Source: Raillietiella orientalis (Eukaryota). From it: 64,000 bases of DNA. Of this stretch, positions 24,701 through 36,700 are shown piece by piece (positions within the stretch are counted from its first letter, which is position 1; each line of letters starts with the position of its first letter). Below the pieces are notes generated by a model. That model had not been told where the DNA came from. It saw nothing but the letters and a program-made list of their open reading frames with translations, and did no database searches. Position numbers and translations under genes: made by a program. Location: NCBI GenBank assembly GCA_036172245.1, contig JAYWIR010000006.1, positions 2,232,001 through 2,296,000 on the forward strand, read 5' to 3'.

Positions 24701-27700
24701 GCCCTTCCTATGCGCTGCTGCTGCGCACGAGCATCTGCGTCGTCCGGAAAAAACCAGGACGAGCGGGGGGACTCCGTCCGGCAGGAATCGTAGGAATGAG
24801 AAGCGCGCGTGGAAGAGCCCGGCCTCGACAGATGCTCCTCGCTGGCAAAAGCTGACCCGCGCGCGGGAGGGATTTTGCCGCCGGCTGCGAGCGGGCCGCA
24901 ACCCCTTCGAGCGCGCGCGAGGCAGCAGCGCCGCGCGCGGAAAAATTCGGCGAGTTCTTAGAGCGCACGCCAGAAGGGAGGAAGCAGCGCGTAAAGCAGG
25001 GAAAAAAAGAAAAGGAAGGATGATGGTGACGATGACACGGCAGCGCCTCTCTGAGAATACGCGATCTTCGCATCGGATGCTGTCCGCCCCGGCGCAGATG
25101 CAGCAGCAGGCCTCGAAAAAATCTCTGTCGAAGGGCGGGGACGCGGACGAGCCGGCCGTTGAAACGGGAGTCGAGTGCGCGGGAACCGCCGCCAATTATC
25201 GCTGGGAGGAGAGGGGGAAAGGGGAGGGAGGGGAGGAGGAAAGGCGAAAAACAGGTGCAGCTGAGCTGATCTGCATCCTCTGTAATTCGAGATGCTCAGG
25301 AGAGAGAGAAAGGATGTTTCGGGGGAAGCCCGCCCGAGCATTCCCTGCAGTCCCTCGCTTTCCCGGATCGCTGCCCTGCGGCGTCTTCCAAGTCGTGGTC
25401 CGTCCCTCTGCGTGCACGTGGGAGGCAGGGAGAGGGGGGAGGGGAGGGAGGGAGGGAAGGAAGGAAGGGGATTCGGAGGGATCGCAGAGAGCGCGCGCGG
25501 GTGCTGCTGCTGGTTGCTGCCTGCGTGCTTCCGGGAACAAGGCGCTCGCGCTTGTCGGCCTCGGGGCGGAGAACGCGCGCGCGCGCGGAAGCGAGCTGTC
25601 GCGCTCCGCACGCCGCCTCGCGCAACCACGTGGAGGAGGAGGGGAGGACAGGCTCGGAAGGCGCTCAGCCCTCTCGTTGCGCAAGCGGTCCCTACGTGCG
25701 GCGGCGGCGGCGTAGAGGTCCCCGCTCCGGGAGCTGGCAGCGACGCGGCGGGGGTGAAGGAAGGACCCGCGGCGCTAATCCTTCCCCGCGGTGAGGGAAC
25801 GGGGAACTCCCTCCCTCTTTTCCCCCCACCTCGGGCGAAATCAGAAGGAGGGGCTGTCGAATTGAGACGCTGGGAACGCCCCCGAATAGACAGCGGTCAT
25901 TTCATCCCCAACCCCTTCTTGTCCCTTGTTCTCCCTCCCTACTGCTGGAAGCAGGCACCCCTCTAATTTGAAGGGTGTCGCTGCTGACACTTTTGGACAG
26001 TGCCTCCTCCTCTCGTTGTCATGGTTTTGTCCTCCCTCCTCCGAATCAACCGCCGATTAGCATAATGTCCGACGTATCCTACCATCACATCGCAGCACCC
26101 CTCCCCCTTTGGGCTGCAGATGCTACTGCGCCGTGCTGTCGTGGGCGGGTTGGGGGGAGGGGGGAATGAGAGGCAGCCGGTGCTTCTCTTCTCTTCACCA
26201 CCCTCTCCCCTTTTCGCCCGAGCAGGTCCGAAAACGTGCGGCAGCCCTGACCTGAACGTCAACACAACTCTCCGAACGTACAGCAGCGCTGTCGGGGCGT
26301 CCGTCTTGTACGAATGTCCCCAGGACCACGCCGTGCTCGGGGACGCCTCGCGGACGTGCCAGACCAACGCCCTGTGGAGCGGCTCGGCTCCGTCTTGCAA
26401 GTGTAAGTTGGAAGGAGCAGCAGCGGCGGCGACACCCACTTCCTCGTCCTTGCCCTCGGGTCGAGGACGTGCACACCTTTCACCTTCTTCCTCCTCCTCT
26501 TTTCCTTTCCTCCTCCTCTTGTTTTCTTTCTCCTCTTTTCCTCCTCCTCTCTTCTTCCTCTTCTTTCTCCTCTCACTCCCGTCTCAAAGTCCTCTTCCTG
26601 TCCCGCCCCCCCTCCAGCCACGTTCACAAGCTCGCTGACGCTCGCCTCTTTCCTCCTCTCCTCCTTCTCCTGTGCCGGGGGAAACGAAAAGATGTCAATT
26701 GCGGTCCGCCGACGAGCATCGACGACGGCGAAGTCACCCTGCCGGAAGGGAGGACCACCTTCAACGCCACGGCCGTGTACACCTGCCGCGCCAATTACAG
26801 CTTGACGGGGGTGCCGGTGCAGCGTTGCCAGGAAAACGCCCTCTGGAGCGGTGGCCAGGAGCAACCTCAGTGCTTGCGTAAGCACTGCCCTCCCGTAGAC
26901 CCTGCCATCCGTCCTTGCTTCCCGCGCAGTCTCCTGGTGCCCCAAGCTCGAGGCCCCGAGGAACGGCTCCGTCACGCAGACCGGCCTTCAGGTCGGGGCG
27001 TCCGCCAGCTTCTCCTGCCGTCCCGGCCACCGCCTGAGCGGCAGCTCCTCCCTGAAGTGTCAGCTGGGTGGCAGGTGGGAGGGTCGCTTCCCCCGCTGCG
27101 ACTTCGTGGACTGCGGTCCCCCCAACGAGCTGGAGAACGGGCACCGCGCCCTTGTCAACGGCACCACGACCTACATGAGCCTGGTGTCCAACTCGTGCGA
27201 CGAAGACTTCTGGCTGGAGGGTCCGTCGGTACAGACCTGTCGCAAGGACGGCTTCTGGAGCGGGGAGAGTCCCCAGTGCCACCGTGAGGAGCAACCTTTC
27301 TTTTCTTTTTTTCAGCTCTCCCCATTCCCTGATTCCCGCTGATCCTCTATCTTACAGTGATCGCTTGCGACGAACCTGACATGCTTCCGGGCAGCTACTT
27401 CATCGCCTACGACTTCCTGGTTCACTCTGTGATCGAGTACCACTGCGAGCTGGGTCACCTGATGGTCGGCGACGGGTACCGCACGTGCCAGAAGGACGGA
27501 ACGTGGTCGGGCAGCGCCCCCATATGCAGATGTATGTTCGGGGAGAAGGGAAAAAAGGAGGGAAGGAAGGGAACCTCTCACCCTCTTCCACGCCTCCCTT
27601 CCTTCTCCTCTTCTCTTCCTCCGTCCTTCCCCCCTTCCTCTTCTTCCCTCCCTCTCTTCCTCCTCCCTTCTCCCTCTCCTCTTCCTTTCTTCTTCCCTTC

Positions 27701-30700
27701 CTCTTCTTCCCTCCCTTCCTCCTTCTCTTCATCATCATCATCAGCACCATTCTTCCTCCTCTTCCTCTTCCACCTCCTCCCTTCCTTCTCCTCCGCCTCC
27801 TCCTTCTCCCTTCTTCTCCTCACCCTTCCCGCTCGAACTCACCGATTGGATATTCTTCCTTGCAGACGTGGACTGCGGGAGGCTGGCGCCGCTGCCCAAG
27901 GGCTCGCTCATCTACACCAACCACTCCACCTCGCTGCACAGCCAGATCTCCTATGAGTGCAACACGGGCTACAGACTCAGAGGGCTGGTCACAAGGGTGT
28001 GCACTGAGGCCGGCACGTGGAGCGGAGGGACGCCCAAGTGCGAAGGTGAGAGAGCAGCTTTGAAGCCGCTGCCGGACCAGGGCTCGGATGCTCCCGGAAG
28101 CCCCGTGCGTCTGCTCCCTCCCTCCCCTCGTCTTCTCGGGTACGCCCGTGAGAGGGAGCCGCGTCAGCAGTCCCAGGAATGTCGCAGGAGGTTGCACTCC
28201 GCGCAGGTGCCGGTTCGCAAGCCCGCGTCGGGGGCTTTGTGGTTAAGGCTTCCGCGTGTGCTACCATGCGTCGCGGGTTCGAATGCTCCGGCAGAAACTG
28301 ACGCTGATCCGTCGTTGGTTCCGGGTTTCTCCTGCAATGGCGCTGGTTGCCCGAAACATTCGGGTGTGGCACCGCCCGGAGGCCCCCGATGAAGGCCGGA
28401 ACCATGGGAGTCGACCTTCGGGTCCTTCCAGGAATCAAGGAGTGGGGAGTTCCCCCTCCGGTCGTGCAACGGGGAGCGGACTCCCCTCACCAGGGGGACC
28501 CCTCTGGTCTCAAGATGGAGCAAGGAGTCTTCACAGGCACCTCTCCAGTTGTTCAAAGGAGCAGACCCCCCCTGTTGAGGGGGGGGGACCCTCCGAGTCG
28601 CCTCCTCTCCAGAAAAGTGCAAGGAATCAAGCAATAACGACCTACTGTGGGAAGCTGCAGCGCCCCTTCTGCGTTTCGGAAGCATTCCTTCGGGGTTCTC
28701 TTCAGAGGAGTGAACAGGAGCGGTTCCCTTGCGGGTTCCCTCTGGAGAAGAAATTCCTACTAGCGGATCCTTTCCGGGTTCCCTTCGGAGAAGTTGAAAT
28801 GGAGAGGACCATCCCCCTCCCGGGGGGGTCCCTCCGGAAAGAATGAGGAAGGAGATTTCCTTCTGGTTTCCCCTTCGGAGACAACCAGGGTGGGAGGTGC
28901 GATCCGGAGGGATCCCTCCCCAAGCATGAGAGGAACGGACTCCGAGCCTTGCTGGATTCATAGGGCGGACCCCCCTTCCGGGGTGCCCTCTATCTTCAAT
29001 TCCACGCACCCTCCGCGGGTGCAGTGGAACAGTGTTAAAGAGTCACGTGCGCCGCGAGGCACGTGACCGGCTCTTGAGGTACTTGGCGAACCAAAAAAAA
29101 AATTGAAAAAAAAAAAAAAAACGCTGGAAGGGAAAAAACAGCGAAGACAGAGAAGAACCCAAAAGGATTTCCATCATCCCTTTACCCGCCGTGTCTACCG
29201 GCGGGTAAAAGGGCGGTGGCACGGCGGCGTTCCGGAAAGGCGCGCGTGCCAGGCGGGCACGCTCGCTGGCGGAGGAAGCGCACCATCCGGGAGGGACCGA
29301 CGCGCGCGCCGCCACCTCGACCGGACGCTGTCATCGTCCCGTTGTCTTCCGCCCTCTCTTGCCTTCCTTCCTTCTCTGCTGGATTGTGATCCGGGGGAGG
29401 GGGCGGAGGCAGCTGCGCGCATCCCGGGAGCGCCTTTCTGCGGCGGCCACATGGCCCTTGCGGGCCACTCCGAAGTCTCCCAGCCGCCCTTTGCGCTCTA
29501 TGGTGCATTCCCCTTTCTCCGAGGACGTTAGGCGTCTCGGAAGTTTCCGCGACGTGGGCTTCGGCCGCCGCTGCGCTCCTCCCCACTCCCGACGGCGATC
29601 TGGCAGCTGCCCCCCCCCTCTCCGTGGTCTCGGTGGAATTGCCTTCCTTTGCACTCCTCGCTGGCATGGAGTTGCCGTATGCGTGCCCTGAGATGCTCGG
29701 CATTTCTCCAGAGAGAGGCGAAGTCCTGTTCAAAGGCAAAGTTGGCTCCTCTTCCACCACCACCACCACCACACCCTCCCTCTTGTTCCGTCGCGCTGCC
29801 CGCATAGACGCACCCGTACACGCCGTGCATAGGTGGAAACGTCCAGGTGGGGGGAATTCGTCCTCGTCCTGTCTCCAGGTTTCCCCTCTGTGACCTCGCG
29901 CGGCCGATCCAAGCCCTTGGTGCTTCCGTCTGGGAGGAGCAAGAACTCCATATTCGCATGACGTCATCAGAGTGGCTCCCCGCCGGCCTTCAGCTGCTTC
30001 CGTCTCCTTGCCTTCTCCTCCGCTTCACTTCTTTCTGCATCTCGAGCCTCTCCCTTCTTTTCAGAGCTATCCCTCGAGAATCACCCCAATTTCCCCCCAT
30101 ATCAACCCCTCAGACGATTGTCCTTATTCTTTCATAGGTTCTCTCTCGAAGGATCCCCCTATTGCCCCTAAGAATCCCTCGAAAAATCTCCCTTATTTTT
30201 CCCATATCATCCTCCCTCAAAGGATCTCCCTTATTTTGCTAAGCCGCCTGTCGAATCTCCCTTATTTTTTTTTTTTTCAAAGGATCCGTCGAGGTATCTC
30301 CCTTGTTCTGCTGAAGAATCCTGCCTCCTCCTCCTATCTTGTTTTGTGTCCCGTTTCCGGGACCAGACTTCTTGCACCTCACGGAACCTGCAACTCGAGC
30401 TGCCGCAGTGGTTTCGAGGGAGCAAGCCCGAGGGTAGGCCCGTCGGGGTGGTCCCTTTTGTCTGTGAGAACAAGTGGACGCCTCGAGGGCGAAGAGTCGC
30501 CTTTTTTTTTTTGTTGTTTTTTTTTTCTTTCTTTCTCCCCGCCGACGTAGTAGCGCGCTTTGTCCCCGGCGCTCGGGGCAGAGTCTCGAGCTACCCTAAG
30601 ACCTCCAGCATGCATGCAGCCGGCTTCATGCAGGACCCGGCCGTCGTCCCCCCGGGAGCGTCCCTCCACCTGCGAGGTGAGGGTCTGCGGGCAGGACTCT

Positions 30701-33700
30701 CATGGAATATCCGGGCGTGTCCTCCTCCTTTTCTTTTCCTCCTCTTCCTCCTCCTTTTCTCCTCCTCCCTTCCTCCTTTTGCTCTACCCTTCCTCCTTCT
30801 CGTTACTTGCTTCCCGTCTCGGCGGACCGGCTGCTGCCGCACCGTCTCTTTCTCATCCGAGGAGCCACCCCCGGGAGATTCCCGGCTTCCTTGGGCTCCT
30901 GCGTCCGGGCGCGGTTTCCGATTCGCTCTGCAGCGGCCTTCATCTGTCGCTGCCACCGGCGCCTTGCCAGGGGAGCGACCAGGGATGTCAGCGGCGGGGT
31001 TTTCTAGACTGCGCCCACCGCCGCTTCCTAGGGAGTCCTGCCGGTCGCCACTTCCCCCTTCTCTGCCTCCCGGGGGATTTTCCCTTCCCTCAGGCGATCG
31101 CGAGTTTCTCTGGAAACACGTCGCAGATCCCCAAGCTGTCTGCCTTCAACCTTCAGAAGGACACCAGCAGAGACCAGAATGACCCTGGTTTGATCTCTCC
31201 CGATCCGCGCCCCCACCTGGATTCACAGTCGGATCCAGCAGGCGTGGGCACAGATGGCTCTCTCTCCCGCTCTGCTCTGAGATCCTCGAGCCCTTGAGGT
31301 CCCCAAGAGGTCCTTCGCTGTTTGGGAGGGCACGATCCGGCGAGGCCTACTGAAGGTTTCCAGAAGGCAGCCGGAAGAGGGGAGGGGAGTGCCGCTCTGC
31401 GATGGAGACCGTGGATCATCCGCCTCGGGTGTGAGAGCTCCTGCGTCTTCCTCATCCTCGGCAACCCCGTCGGGGACGCGTTCTTTCGCGGGAATGCTCA
31501 GTACTGAGGATGTCCAGCAGGAGACCACCTCCCCCTTTCCCTTCGGGCGCCGTGGTAGCGCCTGCCCTTTAGACCCGCGTCACCCTCCACGTTTTGCGCT
31601 CGACGAGAGAACAGCCGGAGAGGCGTCTGCACATCTCCCCCTCCCTTTCCTCCTCTTTACCTCCCTTCCTGCCTTTAGCATCGAATGACCCGCGGGTGAC
31701 CTTCTCCGAGGTCGAAGCGGGCTTCGACCTTCCTCCGAGGGGGAGCTGCGGGGATGTCTTTGCGGGCGCGTCGTGGTGGCTCTGCGCACGCACCCAGCGG
31801 AAGAGTAGGCGTCTGTCCTCGGTCCACCCCATCCGGAACTGCAGCTCTGATGGTGGGAAGAGAGGGGGTAGGGAGAGGGAAATTCCGGTCGCCAAAGCGG
31901 AGGAGAACGAATGGAGCGCACGGCGGCGGCCCCCTCGGATTTGCGCTGAAGAGGAAGCACCCAGCATCCGAACCTCCTCCTCCTCTCCTCTCTTTTTTCC
32001 AAAGCATGCGGATCCACCTCTCGTTCCCGCAGCACCTCATCACGACACTGGAGCCTCATCCTAGCCGGTCCGACTCTCGCTGACTTGCCCCGTGGGCCTC
32101 TGCACCATCCACGTGGAACGGAGGGTGCGACGGCCTCTCTCGTGTGCTCTGCGGCTGCGAGCCTGGCGCTCCGCCTGCCCTCGAGCGGTGTGGAGACGAA
32201 CAGGCGGGCTCCATCCCCGACCGTGAGCGCCCGAGACAGGCGACCTCCAGTCTCCATGGTTCAGGGGGCTCGGGGGAGACTCCGGCTCGAGGGTGCCGCC
32301 AGGCGTACGGAACGGGGGGGGGGGAACAGGAAAGGAAGAACCCACGTCCCCTCCCCCTCCCCCCTGCCGGTGCGGGAGTCGTTGTCGCCGCCTACTTTCG
32401 CGACGTCTCCGCTTCTCCCTCAGGAGTCCCCCGGGCACGGCCACCCTGGCACGCTCACCCGAAGCTATCGAGCCGAGACGTTCGACCCGGCGGTGCCGTG
32501 CGCCACCGGGAGTAAGGGGATGGGGAAGCGAAGTGTCCGCGCTTCCCTACGAAGCTGCCGTGAGGCTCCTGAGTCTCCTCCACCGGATGGAGACGCCCCC
32601 GAGCGGTGTTTGGTGCCCTGAAGCCAACCCGTGCAAATCAGCCGGTGGCCGACTGGCCGCGCCCGTGACGCCGAGCGTGCTGGAGGGTTCGCTCGCCTCC
32701 GCCTCCCCTCCTGGAGTCAACTGCGGCGGGGAACAACCCCGCGAGGAGTCGTTCCCAGCTCGGGGAAAAAGCGAGGAAGAGTGCTCCACAGACCCAGGCT
32801 CATCTCGGAACCCCGCCGCAACCTCAGGGCGCGCTTCGCGCTCCTTTCCCTTGCGGCGCACCATCTCGGCCAGCAGACTTCGGTCCAGTGGTCAGTCCCC
32901 CCGCCACTTCCCCCGGTAGAGGGGATGCAAGGCGGGCGTGATCTCTCGGAAACCCTGCGGCGGGCGCCTCGCCTTCACTGCCGTTGGCATGGCGCAGGCG
33001 CCTCGCGCGAGCAGCTGCTGTCGTCTGACGCCAGCGACTCGCTCCTCGACCCACGCCGCTTCCAACTCGTCCCGCAGTAAGAGGGACTCGACGATGAGAT
33101 CTCCAAACGAAGATGATGATCCCTCTTTCTCCAAACTTGCGATCGGGGCAAGACAGGAGGAAAGGAAGAGGAAGAAAGAGGGAGGAAAGGAAGAGGAAGA
33201 GAGAGGGAGGAAAAGAAGAGGAAGTGAAAGGGAAGAAGGGAAGAGGAGGAGATGGAAGGGTGGAGGAAAGGAACGAGAGAGTGGAAAGAGGGAGATGGAG
33301 AAAGAGCAGGAGGGAAGGGAGAGAAGGAAGAGAAGAAGGGACAGGGAGGAGGAATGAACGAATGGAAGAATTGCAATCTGTCGGTTCGGGAGCGGCGGCC
33401 AGGGGGGAAGGAGAGACGGGTCGGCGCGCGACCGTGACCGTTCGCACCCACGCGACGTGGGTGGCAGCATCCGCGCAAGGATCGCCTGCCGGCGTCCCGT
33501 CATTGCCTGCGTCGCTCTCAACTTTCTCGCCCTCCAGCGGTTCCTTGCGCATCAGCCTCCTCCTCACCCCGGCGCCGAGATGACCCCTCCTGCTTCAGAA
33601 AGATCCTCAGGACCTCAGACTGCGCTTCGAAAGTAGCGGCGCGACGACACAGAGATAGGCGTTCCAAGTGTACTTTTGGTCACACTAGGGGCACGCCGTG

Positions 33701-36700
33701 AGCGCTCTCCGGTCCTTCCGGCAGCACTCTGGAGTCAGTGGGGCTCACGCGCACCCCTGGTCTGGAGAGCGTCAGCGGCCGCCGAGCACTTTGGGAAAAC
33801 TTCGTCCTGGGCGATTCGCTCACTCTCGCTGGAGCGCCTCGGCCGCTCGCGCTCCTCACCGCAGCCCTTCCGGACTTCGGCGGGCTCCGTCGGTCGTCCA
33901 TCCGCTCCTGCGGACCTTCGCCTTCTCTTGCGCGGCCAGCGCCACCTCGGGGCTGTTATCCACGAGCGAAGGCGAGCGCGAAGCGACCGCTCGAGGCGCG
34001 GAGCATCCCTGGTTAGCCCTTCCTCTCCCCAGCTCTCTTGCGGAGGCGAGCGGCGACGCTGAGGCGCGTCCGTCCATCTCATCCAGACCGCTTCCTACCG
34101 TGCCCAGCGGGACGCTTGGGAATTTTTTTCTTCCTCCTCCCCTTCTCCCCAGTCGAATCTTCCCGCCCCCGCCGTTCCTCTCCCGGCCGCCCTCGCCTCC
34201 TCCGCTGGAGATTCTGCTTCCCGGCCCGCCCGTCATGTGGTCCCAAGATGCTGCGTGCGCGCATCCTGCCCCGTCGCGCGGGAACTCCTCTCGCCCACGC
34301 CGCCGGATGAGCCCCGAGAGATCGCGGGAGCGCGCGCGCTCCGGTGCGGACTGCGCGCCCTGCGCAGCTGTGCGCTCGCGCGCGCGCTCTGGGACGTGGG
34401 AGAAGAGGAGGAGGAGGGACGCGATGTGCCTTTCCTCCAAGGAGGAGAACCGAGCTGCCACGTTCCGGAACTTCCACCGCCGAAAATCCACCTTTCTCTG
34501 CATCCCGGAGATCATCCCGCTCGCATTACCGTTGGCATCCTCTCTCTCCTTCCTCTCACCATCTCCATCATCATCATCATCGTCTTCGTCGTCGTCATCG
34601 CCATCATCACCACCCACCCCTTCCTTTTTTCTCCCCTCCCCCCTTTTCGTCCCTCCTTTTCCTTTCTCTTCAAGTTTGCGGAGGCCGCCAGATGGGGGAC
34701 TCTCCCGTTACGGGGAGGGCCAGGGTGTGCCACGGCCGGTCCCCGCCGCTCGCAGAGCCGACTTGTTCCGTGCAGAGAGCGCGAGAAACACCCCGCCGCC
34801 GCCGCCTCTTCCGCCATCTGCTGCGCGCGTGCCGGGAGACCTTGGCGCCCTTCCTCGCGTTCCCCCCCCCCCCTTTCTTCCCACCTCTAACTCTTCCCTC
34901 GACTCCAAGGAGCGTTCCTTCCCCTCCTTCTACTCCTCCCCCTCCGGGCGGGCACTTTCGAAAATCCAGAAGCGACGGGAAAAGAGGGGGGGAAGGGCGG
35001 GAAAGGAGGGAGAGACAAAGAGGAGGAAGGGGGGAAAAAGGGAGCAGGGAATATGGGAAGGTGTTGGCAGGGTCCTCACGGCAGCCAATAAGATGGAGGA
35101 GGCGACGGGACTGGTCCTCCGGCTTCCCCTCCCTCTGGGGAGGGGGACCTTGGAGCTTGAGATGCACCCTCATGCGTCCCGAGCTCATGCTGCTCCCCCT
35201 TCCTCCTGGCATGAGCCACCTATCATTCATCAGGTGGAGGAGAGAGACGCTTCGGAGGGGAGAAGTCGTGCCAGGTTTCCGTCCTCCTCCCTTCCCCCCC
35301 CCCCCATCTAATCATTCTCTCCTTGTTCTTTCCCCCCCTACTTCCACGGCACCCTCGGATTTCGGTTGTCCTGAGCTCCTGTCCCCTCTCCAGAGCTCCT
35401 CTTCCCCGCACGCGCGCGCGCTCCTTCCCTCCCGAGGAGCCACGCGGGTCTGTGCGGGATGCGCCTTTCTGGAAAGCTCCTCGCTTCCTTCCCGGCCCCT
35501 CTCGCTCGCCCCTTGGGGAAGAGGAAGGGGCGGGCCCCCACGAGCCCTCCGCCCTGCGCCGCTCACTGCTCCCTTCTCCTTCCAGAGATCCGATGCGGGG
35601 AGCCCGTGCACCCGAAGAACTCCATCATCAGCGTGGTGGGGAACGACCGTGCCAGGAACATTCTGCGGGCCAGGTCGAACGTCACGGGGGGCGCCGCCTC
35701 GCACAACACGTACCGCGTGGGCTCTTCCCTGGCCTACCGGTGCGAGAAGGGTTATAAGCTGAAGGGCGCGGCGGCGGCCGTCGTCTGCAACGCTGATGGC
35801 CAGTGGAACGGCAGCTTTCCGATCTGCACATGTGAGCAAGGGGACGGTGGTGGGGAGAGGGGGCGGGGCAGTACCCCCGCCTTCGAGGATTCAGTCCCCG
35901 GACAACGGCGTTCTCCTTTCCCTTCTCGTTCGTCTCTTTGCCATCCCCGGAAGATGTCGACTGCGGACCGCCGAAGACCATCCCTCCCAGCACCGTGGAC
36001 CTCAAGGACGCGGCCACCCACCTGGGCTCGATGGCGACCTACAGCTGCCCCGAGAACCACGTCCTCGTCGGCCACTCCTCCCGCGTGTGCCTGGACAACT
36101 TCACGTGGTCCGGGGAGCCTCCGCAGTGCAAAGGTCACCCCACGAAGTTTGACCCTTTTCGCTCCTCCCTGTCTCTCTCCCATTCACCCCGACTGCCCAG
36201 AGACGGCCAGCCGGCCCCGGAGCCACTGCCCTTCCTCCCCCTCTCGCCTTTCTTCCCTTTCTCCCGCTTAGTCCTGGAGAGCGTGCGAGCTCTCCGGAGG
36301 GATTTCGGGAGAGGCTCTGGCGGGAGAAAGGCGGGCAAACCGGAGGGAACTTCCCCGTCGCTACCCGAGTTCTTTCGCCCTCCCCCCCCTTTCCCCTCTC
36401 CTTTCCTCCCTTCCCCCACTCTCTTCCTGGTCTGTCGCCTCAGGGGATTTTCCAAGGCACGCTCCCTCTGTCACGATGATCTTCCCGAAAGACGCGGTCT
36501 CTCGCTCGCTCGCAACTCCGTCACCCTGCGCCCTCTTTTTGTGCTTCTTCCCTGTTCCCTTCTTCCTTTATTCCTTCCAGCGGAACCAAGGAGGCACCTC
36601 TTTGCTTCTGCTAGGAAGCACCACATGCGTCCCTCCAGGAAGATCATCGTCCCCCCCCCCTTCCTCCTCCTCCTCGTTTCTAGAGTTCCGCCTCGGAGGA

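Noticed and set aside
30186..30311. CRISPR-like repeat/spacer appearance
   Set aside because: Repeat is only ~14 nt, spacing is irregular, linkers resemble each other, it lies in a eukaryotic intron and there are no cas genes
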